From contig JAHHHS010000028.1 of assembly GCA_019359215.1 (NCBI GenBank), positions 5,482 through 69,481 of the forward strand: a DNA stretch of 64,000 bases. Reading direction: 5' to 3'. This stretch comes from Nostoc indistinguendum CM1-VF10 (GTDB lineage: Bacteria > Cyanobacteriota > Cyanobacteriia > Cyanobacteriales > Nostocaceae). Both the position numbers and the translations under genes were made by a program. Below, in pieces: positions 30,088 through 39,248 of the stretch (within the stretch, counting starts at the first letter, position 1; each line of letters begins with the position of its first letter). The notes beneath the pieces were generated by a model, which did no database searches, was not told the DNA's origin, and was given only the letters and a program-made list of their open reading frames with translations.

Positions 30088-31290
30088 TTAAGCATCATCT
30101 AAAGCCGCAATTCCAGGCAATACCTTGCCTTCAAGCAACTCCAAGCTAGCACCGCCGCCGGTAGAGATGTGGCTCATTTGGTCGGCTAAACCAACTTTTT
30201 CCACAGCCGCTACTGAGTCGCCGCCGCCAATGATGGTGGTTGTGCCAGTTTTACCAATTTCGGCAAGGGTATGAGCGATCGCTTCGGTACCTACCGCAAA
30301 TTTATCAAACTCAAACACACCCATTGGCCCGTTCCAAATTACCGTTTTGGTATCTGCAAGAGCTTCTTGGAAAACTTTCACCGAGTCTGGCCCAATATCT
30401 AAACCCATCCAACCATCTGGGATATTCTCAATGCTAACGGTTTGAGAATTGGCATCAGGGGCAAAGTTATCTGCCACTACCACATCTGTGGGAAGCAATA
30501 AAGCAACGCCTCGTTCTTTAGCCTTAGCTTCTAAAGACTTCGCTAGTTCTAGCTTGTCTTCTTCTACCAACGATTTACCGACATTCAAACCACGAGCTTT
30601 GTAGAAGGTGAAAATCATTCCACCACCGATGATCAGCTTGTCGCATTTCTCTAGCAGTGTTTCAATTACACCAATTTTGCTGGAAACCTTGGAACCGCCA
30701 ATAATCGCCGCCAAAGGACGTTGGGGATTTTCAATGGCATTTTGCAGATATTGCAATTCCTTCTCAACTAAATATCCAGCCACAGAAGGACTGAGGAATT
30801 TTGTCACGCCTTCAGTAGAAGCGTGGGCGCGGTGTGCAGTACCAAAAGCATCATTTACATAAAAATCAGCATTAGCTGCCAATTTTTTCGCAAATTCTGG
30901 GTCGTTTTTCTCTTCTTCTTTGTAAAAACGGACATTTTCCAGCAACAGCACTTGGCCATTTTGCAACGCACCAACTTTAGCTGCAACTTCATCGCCAATA
31001 GAGTCATCAGTTTTAATGACTTCTTGCCCCAGTAACTCAGATAGACGCTTGGCAACGGGAGTTAGGCGTAACTTATCATCCACACCCTTGGGACGACCAA
31101 AATGGCTGGTGAGAATGACCTTAGCTCCCTTCTGCGTCAAATCTTTAATGGTTGGTAAAGCGGCGCGAATGCGAGTATCGTCGGTAATATTGCCTTGATC
31201 ATCCACAGGCACATTAAAGTCAACCCGCACTAAAGCACGTTTCCCAGAGATATCAGCCGAAGATAAACTTGCTAAACTTTTTTTGGACAC
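30088..31290 (-). CDS. pgk: Phosphoglycerate kinase
   Basis: 400 aa. [31 protein letters not shown] and STGGGASLE motifs. Confidence 0.95.
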   Translation of the reverse strand: MSKKSLASLSSADISGKRALVRVDFNVPVDDQGNITDDTRIRAALPTIKDLTQKGAKVILTSHFGRPKGVDDKLRLTPVAKRLSELLGQEVIKTDDSIGDEVAAKVGALQNGQVLLLENVRFYKEEEKNDPEFAKKLAANADFYVNDAFGTAHRAHASTEGVTKFLSPSVAGYLVEKELQYLQNAIENPQRPLAAIIGGSKVSSKIGVIETLLEKCDKLIIGGGMIFTFYKARGLNVGKSLVEEDKLELAKSLEAKAKERGVALLLPTDVVVADNFAPDANSQTVSIENIPDGWMGLDIGPDSVKVFQEALADTKTVIWNGPMGVFEFDKFAVGTEAIAHTLAEIGKTGTTTIIGGGDSVAAVEKVGLADQMSHISTGGGASLELLEGKVLPGIAALDDA

Positions 31291-31370
31291 ACCAAACTCT
31301 CCTGATTGCCTTTTTGTTATTGTTTTGAAAGTAGAACCATCAAGATTTTACCGGAGTCAGGGGTACCCAA

Positions 31371-31790
31371 GTGACAGAGATATTTAAGACAGTACTATTT
31401 CCTATTGATCAAAGCCGGGAAACGCGGGAAGCTGCTGATGTAGTTACCAACGTAGTCAAAAAGTACAGCAGTCGCTTGGTGCTGCTGTCTGTGGTGGAAG
31501 AACCGCCAAAAGACGCGGCTAGTGCAGATGATCCGATGGTGTCACCAGAGGTAGTTGCCAAGCTGCTAGAAAATGCTCAATCTTTATTTTCTGGGCAAGG
31601 AATTCAATCCGAAATCCTGGAAAGGCAAGGTAAACCAGCTTTTACTATCTGCGATGTCGCTGATGAAATCGGCGCCGATTTAATCATCATGGGATGTCGG
31701 GGGCTAGGCTTGACTGAAGAGGGGGCAGATGATAGTGTTACCACTCGCGTGATTAATCTTTCCCCTTGCCCAGTGCTGATTGTGCCCTAG
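31371..31790 (+). CDS. Universal stress protein (UspA family)
   Basis: 139 aa with GTG start. ADLIIMGCRGLG and VINLSPCPVLIV motifs. Confidence 0.8.
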   Translation: MTEIFKTVLFPIDQSRETREAADVVTNVVKKYSSRLVLLSVVEEPPKDAASADDPMVSPEVVAKLLENAQSLFSGQGIQSEILERQGKPAFTICDVADEIGADLIIMGCRGLGLTEEGADDSVTTRVINLSPCPVLIVP

Positions 31791-31850
31791 CAGTCGTTAG
31801 TGCCCAAAAGCTAGTTGTTGCTGAATACTGATAGATTTGTAGCGATCGCC

Positions 31851-32039
31851 AATAAGGGACTTCCAAATAAAAAATATTCCATCCCTGCGGGACGCTTGGC
31901 GTAGCTTGCTTCCCCCAAGGGGTACGCTTTTAGGGTAGAGGAGCAGGTAGTCACTGAGCATAGCCGAAGTGGAGCAGGGGGAGGAAAAGTCCTTTTGATT
32001 CCAAAAATTGGATAATCTATTTTTTGGAGTTCCCTTATT
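31851..32039. mobile_element. MITE-like element (about 190 nt) with about 22-bp terminal inverted repeats, carrying nested SDR-type repeats
   Basis: aataagggacttccaaataaaaaata (left) versus tattttttggagttcccttatt (right). The interior contains gacgcttggcgtagcttgcttc..ggggtacgc and gtcactgagcatagccgaagtg motifs seen elsewhere in the window. Confidence 0.6.
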
Positions 32040-32111
32040 TAAATACTTTAAATATTTTTGAAATTCATCTTAATTTTTCTTAAGAAATTAAGATGGGTTT
32101 GTTTTGTAATA

Positions 32112-33080
32112 TTAGCCCCTCTGCGCGATGCGCTGCTGGAAGATCACCACCATAAGTAGAAAGCCGCCACGGAGTACGAGCTGCCACCACGGAGTAATAG
32201 TCCCCTCAAGATTCAGAAGGTTGTACATCATTCCTAAGAGAAGGACACCGACCAGCGTCGGAAACACGCTCCCCTGCCCCCCTGCAAGAAACGTTCCTCC
32301 CATGACGGTCGCGGCGATCGCATCTGTCTCCCAGCCAAAGGCAGCCACAGGCTGACCCGCCCCTAAACGGCCTGCGAGAACAACACCGGCAAGCCCTGAA
32401 AGCAGACCGCTAAGGGTGTAGACCGCGAGTTTAACTCGGTTTGGGTTCACGCCCATGAGCCGGGAAGCCTCCTCGTTGTCACCAACAGCGAACATATGCA
32501 ACCCTAATCGGCTCCTGTGCAGCATAAACCAAGCTGCAAAATATAAGAGCGCAACCATAATCACGGGGATAGGGACAGAAGCAATGAACCCCCTACCCAG
32601 CCAAACAAGTCCCGATGCTGCCGATGATATGGCAATGGACTTTTCCTCGGTGATACTTAACGCCAGCCCGCGTGCAGCGCTGGCAGTAAATAATGTAACA
32701 ACGAACGGCTGGAGACGCGCACGCGACACAAGAAGACCGTTTACCAGACCGAGCAACGTGGTGCTGGCAATGCCGCCAACGATTGCCACGAAACTTCCTT
32801 GCCCGGCGAGCATTGCTGCGACAACGCCGCCTAGAGCGACGAGGGAACCTACGGAGAGATCGATTCCTCCACTCACGATTACGACAGTCATGCCCAGTGC
32901 GACGATCGCCAGCATACTGTTCTGTCGCATGATGTTCATGAGATTAAGAGGTGTCAGGAAGGTTTCATAACGAAAAGATGCGAAAACAGCCAAACTAAGG
33001 AGTATGAGCAGCAAGCCCTGCGAGGTGAGGAGCTTGGCGAGACGCTTCCCAGCAAGCGCAAGTGACCTTGTAGCAGCCAT
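32112..33080 (-). CDS. yjfF: Sugar ABC transporter permease, YjfF-like (CUT2 family)
   Basis: 322 aa. GGIDLSVGS motif. The C-terminal NLEGTITPWWQLVLRG resembles E. coli YjfF NFDGTLSSWWTKIAIG (recalled from memory). Last gene of an SBP-ATPase-permease-permease operon. Confidence 0.7.
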   Translation of the reverse strand: MAATRSLALAGKRLAKLLTSQGLLLILLSLAVFASFRYETFLTPLNLMNIMRQNSMLAIVALGMTVVIVSGGIDLSVGSLVALGGVVAAMLAGQGSFVAIVGGIASTTLLGLVNGLLVSRARLQPFVVTLFTASAARGLALSITEEKSIAISSAASGLVWLGRGFIASVPIPVIMVALLYFAAWFMLHRSRLGLHMFAVGDNEEASRLMGVNPNRVKLAVYTLSGLLSGLAGVVLAGRLGAGQPVAAFGWETDAIAATVMGGTFLAGGQGSVFPTLVGVLLLGMMYNLLNLEGTITPWWQLVLRGGFLLMVVIFQQRIAQRG

Positions 33081-33086
33081 GACGCG

Positions 33087-34034
33087 TTAAACCTCCTTAG
33101 GACGCTGTAAAAAAATGGCGAAAAGAATGATTACGGATTTTAAAACTAATGACCAGGTGAAGGGAATCAGGAGCATATTGAAACTGGTGGAGATCACCTG
33201 CATAAGCAAGGCTCCTACAACAGTTCCGAGAATATTCGCACGGCCGCCGGAGAAGGGCGTGCCGCCAACAACAACGGCTGCGATCGCATCGAATTCGGCG
33301 TTGACACCAACCTTACTAGGATCGCCCATACCGAGCCTCGCTGTCTCGACCAGTCCGGCTAGCCCCGCAAGCAGGGCACTAATTATATAGACGATGTATT
33401 TCACACGTTCCGCACGGATGCCCGCAAGCCGTGCGGCCTCTTCGTTGCCGCCGACTGCAACAATATGACGCCCAAAAAGCGTAGAGCGGATACAGAAGAA
33501 GGCTCCTGCAATGACGACTCCGGCAATTACAACCTGAATTGGTATAAAACCGAGATAGCCCTTTCCGAGCGCTTCAAAGGTGGGATGGACGAAGGGAACG
33601 AGCTTACCGTCTCCGACGACCTGAGCGACCCCACGCCATAAGATTAGAGCCGCCAAGGTAGTGATCAGGGCGTCAAGTTTCAAGCGTGAGATCAGAAAGC
33701 CATTGAGAAGACCAACCAACAGAGCAACGCACAAGGCAAACGAGATGGCAACAGTTATCCCATACTTAATAAACAATGCCACAATGACTGAAACCAATGC
33801 CATAGTAGAGCCGACCGTGAGATCGATGCCACGCGAGGCAATCACAAATGTCATCCCAACGGCAATAAACATTGTCGTGGATACTTGGAGCAACATATTC
33901 AGGGTGTTGCTAAGTGTAGCGAAACGTGGGGTGAAGACGGCGTTCGCAACATAGAGAATTAAAAGCGCCGCAGATGCACCGAAGTTTGGATTCCACAGGG
34001 TTCCCCAACCCCGATCAGACTTCTTGCTATTCAT
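33087..34034 (-). CDS. ytfT: Sugar ABC transporter permease, YtfT-like (CUT2 family)
   Basis: 315 aa. RGIDLTVGS motif, about 9 hydrophobic helices. Third position in the operon. Confidence 0.7.
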   Translation of the reverse strand: MNSKKSDRGWGTLWNPNFGASAALLILYVANAVFTPRFATLSNTLNMLLQVSTTMFIAVGMTFVIASRGIDLTVGSTMALVSVIVALFIKYGITVAISFALCVALLVGLLNGFLISRLKLDALITTLAALILWRGVAQVVGDGKLVPFVHPTFEALGKGYLGFIPIQVVIAGVVIAGAFFCIRSTLFGRHIVAVGGNEEAARLAGIRAERVKYIVYIISALLAGLAGLVETARLGMGDPSKVGVNAEFDAIAAVVVGGTPFSGGRANILGTVVGALLMQVISTSFNMLLIPFTWSLVLKSVIILFAIFLQRPKEV

Positions 34035-34057
34035 TTTCTGTCTTATTCTGTTTCACA

Positions 34058-35602
34058 CTATCTATCGACGGCTTCCTGACGATCTGCACCTTCCGCCATT
34101 ACATGCAGAATTGTCTTGATGTTCTTCTGTTCGCCACTGAGTTGGGCGATTGACTGCCCGTCACGGAGAACGACGACACGTTGCGAACCTTCAACTAGCT
34201 CCTCCACTTCCGACGAAATCATCAGAACCCCCAGCCCTTGCTTTGCTAGTTCGGCGATCAGCCGTTGGATCTCGCCCTTTGCACCAACGTCTATACCACG
34301 AGTTGGCTCGTCAAGGAGAAGAAGTTTTGTATTCTTGCACAGCCATCGTGCCAGAAGAACCTTCTGCTGATTGCCGCCCGATAGTTCGTGGATCTTTTGT
34401 TCGGTGCTAGCTGCCTTAATTCCAAGGCGCTGCATGAAACGGTCAACTAGCTCGTTCTGTCGTTTCCGGGAAACGATGCCCCATTGTGTAAGGTTCGGTA
34501 GTGCAGCGAGTGTGAGGTTTTCTCGCACCGAAAGCTCAGGGATAATGCCGTCCGCTTTCCGATCCTCTGAAAGGAAAGCTATCCCAGCGTCGATGGCATC
34601 ATGAGGATCACGCAGGGACAAAAGACTACCTTCAAATTTTACGGTTCCATGTTCAAGTGGTTCAGCCCCGAACAGAGCACGCAGCGTTTCACTACGACCA
34701 GAGCCGAGTAAACCCGCAAGCCCGACGATTTCACCATGCCGGATTTCAATCGATACACCATCAAGCCGTTTCTTATATTTGAGAGCTTCCGCTTGCAGCA
34801 ACACTGGCCGACCTACCGCATTTTGCGACCCTCCTGCGAACGCCGTGACTCCTTTGCTCACCTCTTCTGGTTCACGACCCAGCATATGACAGACGAGTTC
34901 TAGACGATTGAGCGTGGTCAGCGATCGCGTTACAATGTTGCGCCCATCACGTAGAACCGTCACGCGATCACACACGGTATAGAGTTCTTCAAAACGGTGG
35001 CTGACGTAAATGATGGACGTCCCTTCCGACTTTAGCCGCCGCATGACGTTAAAAAGAACAGAAACCTCAGTTTCGGTAAGCGAACTCGTGGGTTCATCGA
35101 GGATAAGCACACGCGCACCAAAAGATATAGCACGCGCGATCGCCACCATTTGCCGATGGGCAATATTTAGCGAACCAACTACCAAGCGCGGGTCAATATG
35201 CAACCCCAGGCGCTCCAATATCTCGGATGCCTCGGTATTCATCCGCCGTCTGTCAATAATCCCAAAGCGATGCGGCTCTCTGCCAAGAAAAATATTCTCA
35301 GCAACAGTCCGGAAACCCACGAGCTGGATCTCCTGGTATACAGCTACGATGCCTACCGCCTGCGCTTCGTTCGGGTTCTGGAATGCGACAGGACTCTCGT
35401 TATAATCTATAACACCAAAGTCCCGCCGATATGCTCCCGTCATAATCTTGATGAGTGTCGATTTGCCAGCACCGTTTTCTCCAACCAGTGCATGGATCTC
35501 TCCCGCCTTTAGATCAAAATCGACGCTTTGGAGCGCCGACACGCCAGAAAAACTTTTCTTTATGCCCCTCATACACAAGACAGTTTGAGTTGCCTGAGTC
35601 AT
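34058..35602 (-). CDS. ytfR: Sugar ABC transporter ATP-binding protein with duplicated ABC domains (YtfR/RbsA-like)
   Basis: 514 aa. Walker A GENGAGKST, Walker B LILDEPTSSL, second signature LSGGNQQK and LLLDEPTRGID. Confidence 0.85.
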   Translation of the reverse strand: MTQATQTVLCMRGIKKSFSGVSALQSVDFDLKAGEIHALVGENGAGKSTLIKIMTGAYRRDFGVIDYNESPVAFQNPNEAQAVGIVAVYQEIQLVGFRTVAENIFLGREPHRFGIIDRRRMNTEASEILERLGLHIDPRLVVGSLNIAHRQMVAIARAISFGARVLILDEPTSSLTETEVSVLFNVMRRLKSEGTSIIYVSHRFEELYTVCDRVTVLRDGRNIVTRSLTTLNRLELVCHMLGREPEEVSKGVTAFAGGSQNAVGRPVLLQAEALKYKKRLDGVSIEIRHGEIVGLAGLLGSGRSETLRALFGAEPLEHGTVKFEGSLLSLRDPHDAIDAGIAFLSEDRKADGIIPELSVRENLTLAALPNLTQWGIVSRKRQNELVDRFMQRLGIKAASTEQKIHELSGGNQQKVLLARWLCKNTKLLLLDEPTRGIDVGAKGEIQRLIAELAKQGLGVLMISSEVEELVEGSQRVVVLRDGQSIAQLSGEQKNIKTILHVMAEGADRQEAVDR

Positions 35603-35692
35603 CGGCTTTACCTAATTTTTGTCCTGATACCCCATAGTCATCTTTTTTATTCATCGTCCAGGTTCAACATATTTCCTGGCTATCTTTTCTTG

Positions 35693-35774
35693 ATTTATAT
35701 GGCGCAAGAAGCTCGGAATACAATTATGCTTGACTTTTGACAAATGACTTTTGACTTCCGCCTTGCGGTACTAG
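35693..35774 (-). mobile_element. MITE-like dispersed element, copy C (truncated), inside the SBP-ATPase intergenic spacer
   Basis: tggcgcaagaagctcggaatacaatt..gacttttgacttccgccttgcggtactag. Matches the corresponding part of copy D and lacks the far end. Confidence 0.6.
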
Positions 35775-35897
35775 TAGTCTGCCAAGGCAACTTTGCGAGG
35801 TTTATGGTAAGAAAATCAAGTTCTTTTCTCCCCCTGCTCCCTCTGCTCCCTCTGCTCTCTCTGCCTGCCTTCACCCGTTATTTTTGGGTTCTACTAG

Positions 35898-36899
35898 TTA
35901 GTATGCTTCATCCACAAAATCTTTGGCGTTTGTCACATCGAAGAGTCTGTCCTCAAGAATTATTCTAGGAGGAATCTTTTTGCCGGCAAAATACTTCTCC
36001 ATCGTAGCGAAAACAAGCGGGCCAAAACGCGGGTTCGACTCTACACTCACACCAAGTTCGCCGCGAATAATCGCCTCAAGCGCGGCTTTTTGACCGTCGA
36101 TTGAAACGACGATCACATCCTTACCAGGCTTCATACTTGCTGATTTGAGAGCCTGGATGGCACCCAATGCCATTTCATCATTGTGAGCATACACTGCGGT
36201 AATATCAGAACCCTTAGCCTGGATGATGTTTTCCATTACACGCACAGCCGCAGCCCGCGAAAAATCCGCCGTCTGCGTGGCGATGATCTTCATATTAGGA
36301 TAACTGGCGATCGCATCACGAAACCCTTTTGCCCGATCAATTGCGACCGATGACCCTGCTGTTCCGGTGAGTTCCACGATAGACGCCTTGCCATCAGTAG
36401 CCTGAGCCAGCCATTTGCCAACGCGGCGACCTTGGACGATAAAATCCGATCCAAGAAAGCTGACGAAATGCTCACCTGGTTTTCCCGCAGCTTCACGGTC
36501 GATGAGAAACACCGGTATTTTTGCCGCTCTTGCTGCTTCGAGAGCAGGTGTAAGACCCTCATATTCGCGTGGCGCAAGAAATATGGCATCGACTTGTCTT
36601 GCAATCAAATCTTCGATGTCGGCAAATTGCTTCGACGTCTGTCCTTGAGCATCTGTCATCAAGAAATCGTAAGTTTCCTTACGTTTGGCGGCCTCTTCTT
36701 TGATGCTATTCGTTTCGGCGATGCGCCACGGGCCGATGTTCTCCGTCTGCGAAAATCCGACAATTTTTTTCGTTTTCTCGCGTACACAGCCATACAGCGA
36801 GAATGCCGCAACAGTAATCACAGCGTAGGCGCTAAATACCAGAAATCTTGAAATATAGACTTGGACACCTGAGTATCTAAAACAGGTTTCATTCTTCAT
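35898..36899 (-). CDS. ytfQ: Periplasmic sugar-binding lipoprotein, YtfQ-like (galactofuranose-type SBP)
   Basis: 333 aa with lipobox LYGC. VGFSQTENIGPWRIAETN, VDAIFLAP, KIPVFLIDR, VELTGTAGSSVAIDRAKGF and VYAHNDEMALGAIQALK closely parallel E. coli YtfQ as I recall it. Confidence 0.8.
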   Translation of the reverse strand: MKNETCFRYSGVQVYISRFLVFSAYAVITVAAFSLYGCVREKTKKIVGFSQTENIGPWRIAETNSIKEEAAKRKETYDFLMTDAQGQTSKQFADIEDLIARQVDAIFLAPREYEGLTPALEAARAAKIPVFLIDREAAGKPGEHFVSFLGSDFIVQGRRVGKWLAQATDGKASIVELTGTAGSSVAIDRAKGFRDAIASYPNMKIIATQTADFSRAAAVRVMENIIQAKGSDITAVYAHNDEMALGAIQALKSASMKPGKDVIVVSIDGQKAALEAIIRGELGVSVESNPRFGPLVFATMEKYFAGKKIPPRIILEDRLFDVTNAKDFVDEAY

Positions 36900-36906
36900 C
36901 TAAAAC

Positions 36907-37000
36907 TGACGGTTGACGGTTAACGGTTAACTGTTAACTGTTAACAGTCAACAGTCTTTCGTGTTATCCCATCCTTTAAAAGGAGATGGGATCAGCTTAA
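36907..37000. repeat. STRR tract (ACGGTTG/ACTGTTA units, CAACAGT type) followed by copy 2 of the stop-codon-proximal hairpin element
   Basis: tgacggttgacggttaacggttaactgttaactgttaacagtcaacagt, then cagtctttcgtgttatcccatcctttaaaaggagatgggatcagcttaa. Confidence 0.7.
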
Positions 37001-39000
37001 TAGGCTGTCAATAATTGCCGAATTAACCTGGCTACAGCCTTTTGCGTGAAGCGGTTAGCAATTTGTTGACCCAAACGTTGCACATCTGAATTTACCAATA
37101 ACTGGGCAATTTGCGGCGCAAGTTGCACTGGGTCAAAGCCTCGTGTTTCTCTAAGAATACCTAATATACGTTTGATATGCTCTAAGGTTTGTTGTTGCTC
37201 AACTGTCGCCGCCGGAGTTTCATTAACTGCTGTCAACCCAACGCGTTCCCGCAGCAAATAGGTGAAGTTATGCAAAACATTTTTACCTAAAGCATCGAGT
37301 CCGTTAACAGATTCATCTACTAGCTTGTCACGAATAAAAGCACCGCGTTCAGATGCCAGAAATTCTATCCCCTGATTCAGCACTAAATTAAAGTCGTAGT
37401 CTTGACTATTACGCGCATTTTTTAACAAGTTTTCTAAGCGGTTCCAACGAAATCTGCCATCTTTAAAGAGCAAATCTTGCAATGATGCTCTTAATTGCGG
37501 TGCTGGATCGGTTAACAGGCGTTTAGAAACGTAGGGATAAGCTTCGCTGAGGACTTTAAAGTTGGGATCTATATATATTGCAATACCTTCTAGCGTCACC
37601 AAGGAGCGGATAATTAAGGCGTAGTAGGGCGGTACACGGAAAGGATATTCATACATTAAAGCCGATAGTTCATCGGTGATACTTTTAATGTTAAGTTCGG
37701 CAACACTGGCTCCTTGGGCATCAGCAAAGACTCTGGCAAAGGCTGGAATAATTGGCGTTAAATCTGTTTCTGGTGATAAGAAATCTAACTTAACGTAGTC
37801 TTTTGCTAATCCTTCAAAGTCGCGGTTGACGACGTGGACGATCGCTTCAATTAAACCATAACGCTGTGCTGGCTTAATCTCGCTCATCATTCCAAAGTCG
37901 AGATAAGCTAATTTACCATCAGTTGTTGCTAACAAATTACCAGGATGGGGATCTGCATGGAAAAATCCATGTTCTAGCAGCTGGCGCAGGGAACACTGCA
38001 CACCCACTTCAATTAGATAACGAGCATCTATACCTTGGGCGCTAATTTCTTCTGTCTGGGTTAATTTAGTACCGTTAATCCACTCCATCGTTAAGACGCG
38101 GCGATTGGTATATTCCCAGTAAATTTTCGGTACATATACGTCTTTCATGTGACCGTATAACTGGAAAAATCGCTCGGCATTTTCACCCTCGTGGATGTAA
38201 TCCATCTCTTCAAAAATGCGATCGCCTAATTCATCCAGAATCCCAACTAAGTCACTTCTTACCCGTTTAACCTTTTTCTGCACCCAAGCAGCGAGATTAC
38301 GCAAGATATATAAGTCAATGGTAATCCCCTCTCTTAAGTCGGGGCGTTGGACTTTAACGGCGACTTCTTCACCAGTTTTTAGCTTACCTTTATAAACTTG
38401 CCCCAAGGAAGCCGCAGCAATTGGCTGGGCTGAAAGTTCTGGGTAAACCTCTTCTGGAGGCGCACCTAGTTCTTCTTTGATAAACTGGTAAGCAAGTTCG
38501 TTCGGAAAAGGCGGTAATTGGTCTTGTAGCTTAGTTAATTCTTCTAGGTATACGGGAGGAACTAAATCCGGTCTGGTAGATAAAGCTTGCCCAATTTTGA
38601 TGTAAGCAGGCCCCAGTTGGGTCAGCAATACTCGTAGCTGGGTGGCTCGGCGGCGGTCATTTTTGACGACAATTCCCCGTTTACTATCCGACCACAACCC
38701 AAAAGCAAAGGATAGAGCTGGCCCCAACACGGCGAAAATCCGCCGTAGAACTTGCATTTTTCTGTTTTGGTAATGCGCCGCTATGCCTACGGGATCGTAA
38801 AGAATCTCAGGTTGGGCTGTTGTTCTCAACTGTTGGGCTGCTAAGAGTCTTGGCGAGCGCACAACTAAGCTTGGTGTACCATTTTCTGGCACTACATCAA
38901 TAACGTCCAGTTCGCCTCGGCTATTTATGCCGTTGCGGCTGTCCTCCTGAATCGGTCGGGAACTAGGGGGAAGTGTCTTAACAATCATGAAGAAGGCCAC
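36997..39000 (-). CDS. ABC1/UbiB-family atypical kinase
   Basis: 667 aa. AASLGQVYKGKL, VAVKVQRP, HADPHPGNL and LDFGMM motifs. ATG 38988 is a possible alternative start. Confidence 0.85.
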   Translation of the reverse strand: MAFFMIVKTLPPSSRPIQEDSRNGINSRGELDVIDVVPENGTPSLVVRSPRLLAAQQLRTTAQPEILYDPVGIAAHYQNRKMQVLRRIFAVLGPALSFAFGLWSDSKRGIVVKNDRRRATQLRVLLTQLGPAYIKIGQALSTRPDLVPPVYLEELTKLQDQLPPFPNELAYQFIKEELGAPPEEVYPELSAQPIAAASLGQVYKGKLKTGEEVAVKVQRPDLREGITIDLYILRNLAAWVQKKVKRVRSDLVGILDELGDRIFEEMDYIHEGENAERFFQLYGHMKDVYVPKIYWEYTNRRVLTMEWINGTKLTQTEEISAQGIDARYLIEVGVQCSLRQLLEHGFFHADPHPGNLLATTDGKLAYLDFGMMSEIKPAQRYGLIEAIVHVVNRDFEGLAKDYVKLDFLSPETDLTPIIPAFARVFADAQGASVAELNIKSITDELSALMYEYPFRVPPYYALIIRSLVTLEGIAIYIDPNFKVLSEAYPYVSKRLLTDPAPQLRASLQDLLFKDGRFRWNRLENLLKNARNSQDYDFNLVLNQGIEFLASERGAFIRDKLVDESVNGLDALGKNVLHNFTYLLRERVGLTAVNETPAATVEQQQTLEHIKRILGILRETRGFDPVQLAPQIAQLLVNSDVQRLGQQIANRFTQKAVARLIRQLLTAY

Positions 39001-39248
39001 CAGTCAGAACGATCACATTAAGGATTGTAACAATATGTTGAAGAATTGGACATGGGCCATTAGACATTGAGCATTAGAATTAAAATAATTCTTTTTCAGT
39101 ACCCAATCGCCAGTACCCAGTGGTTTGGTACACTTAAATGGGCATACTAGTTCAATAGTAGTAGGTATTGCTAGTTGCTAAAAGATGAGACTTATTATCC
39201 TGTAAGTTGGAAGTATTTGGCATCTGCCCTCATGGAGAATTTGGCTTG

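Noticed and set aside
31977-31995. GGAGGAAAAGTCC resembling the RNase P RNA GAGGAAAGUCC motif.
   Set aside because: There is an extra A, no flanking P4/P2 context, and the sequence lies inside a TIR-bounded repeat element.
36031-36050. GGGTTCGACTC, a tRNA T-arm-like motif.
   Set aside because: It lies inside the YtfQ-like coding sequence and no acceptor or anticodon arms can be drawn. No tRNA or rRNA gene was found anywhere in the window.
32128-36851. Numerous long plus-strand ORFs (for example 32455-32970, 33661-33954, 35010-35405, 36432-36851) opposite the transporter genes.
   Set aside because: They are antisense to genes with clear ABC-transporter motifs and have Arg/Ser/Pro-rich, low-complexity translations. 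Long spurious antisense frames are expected in GC-richer DNA.
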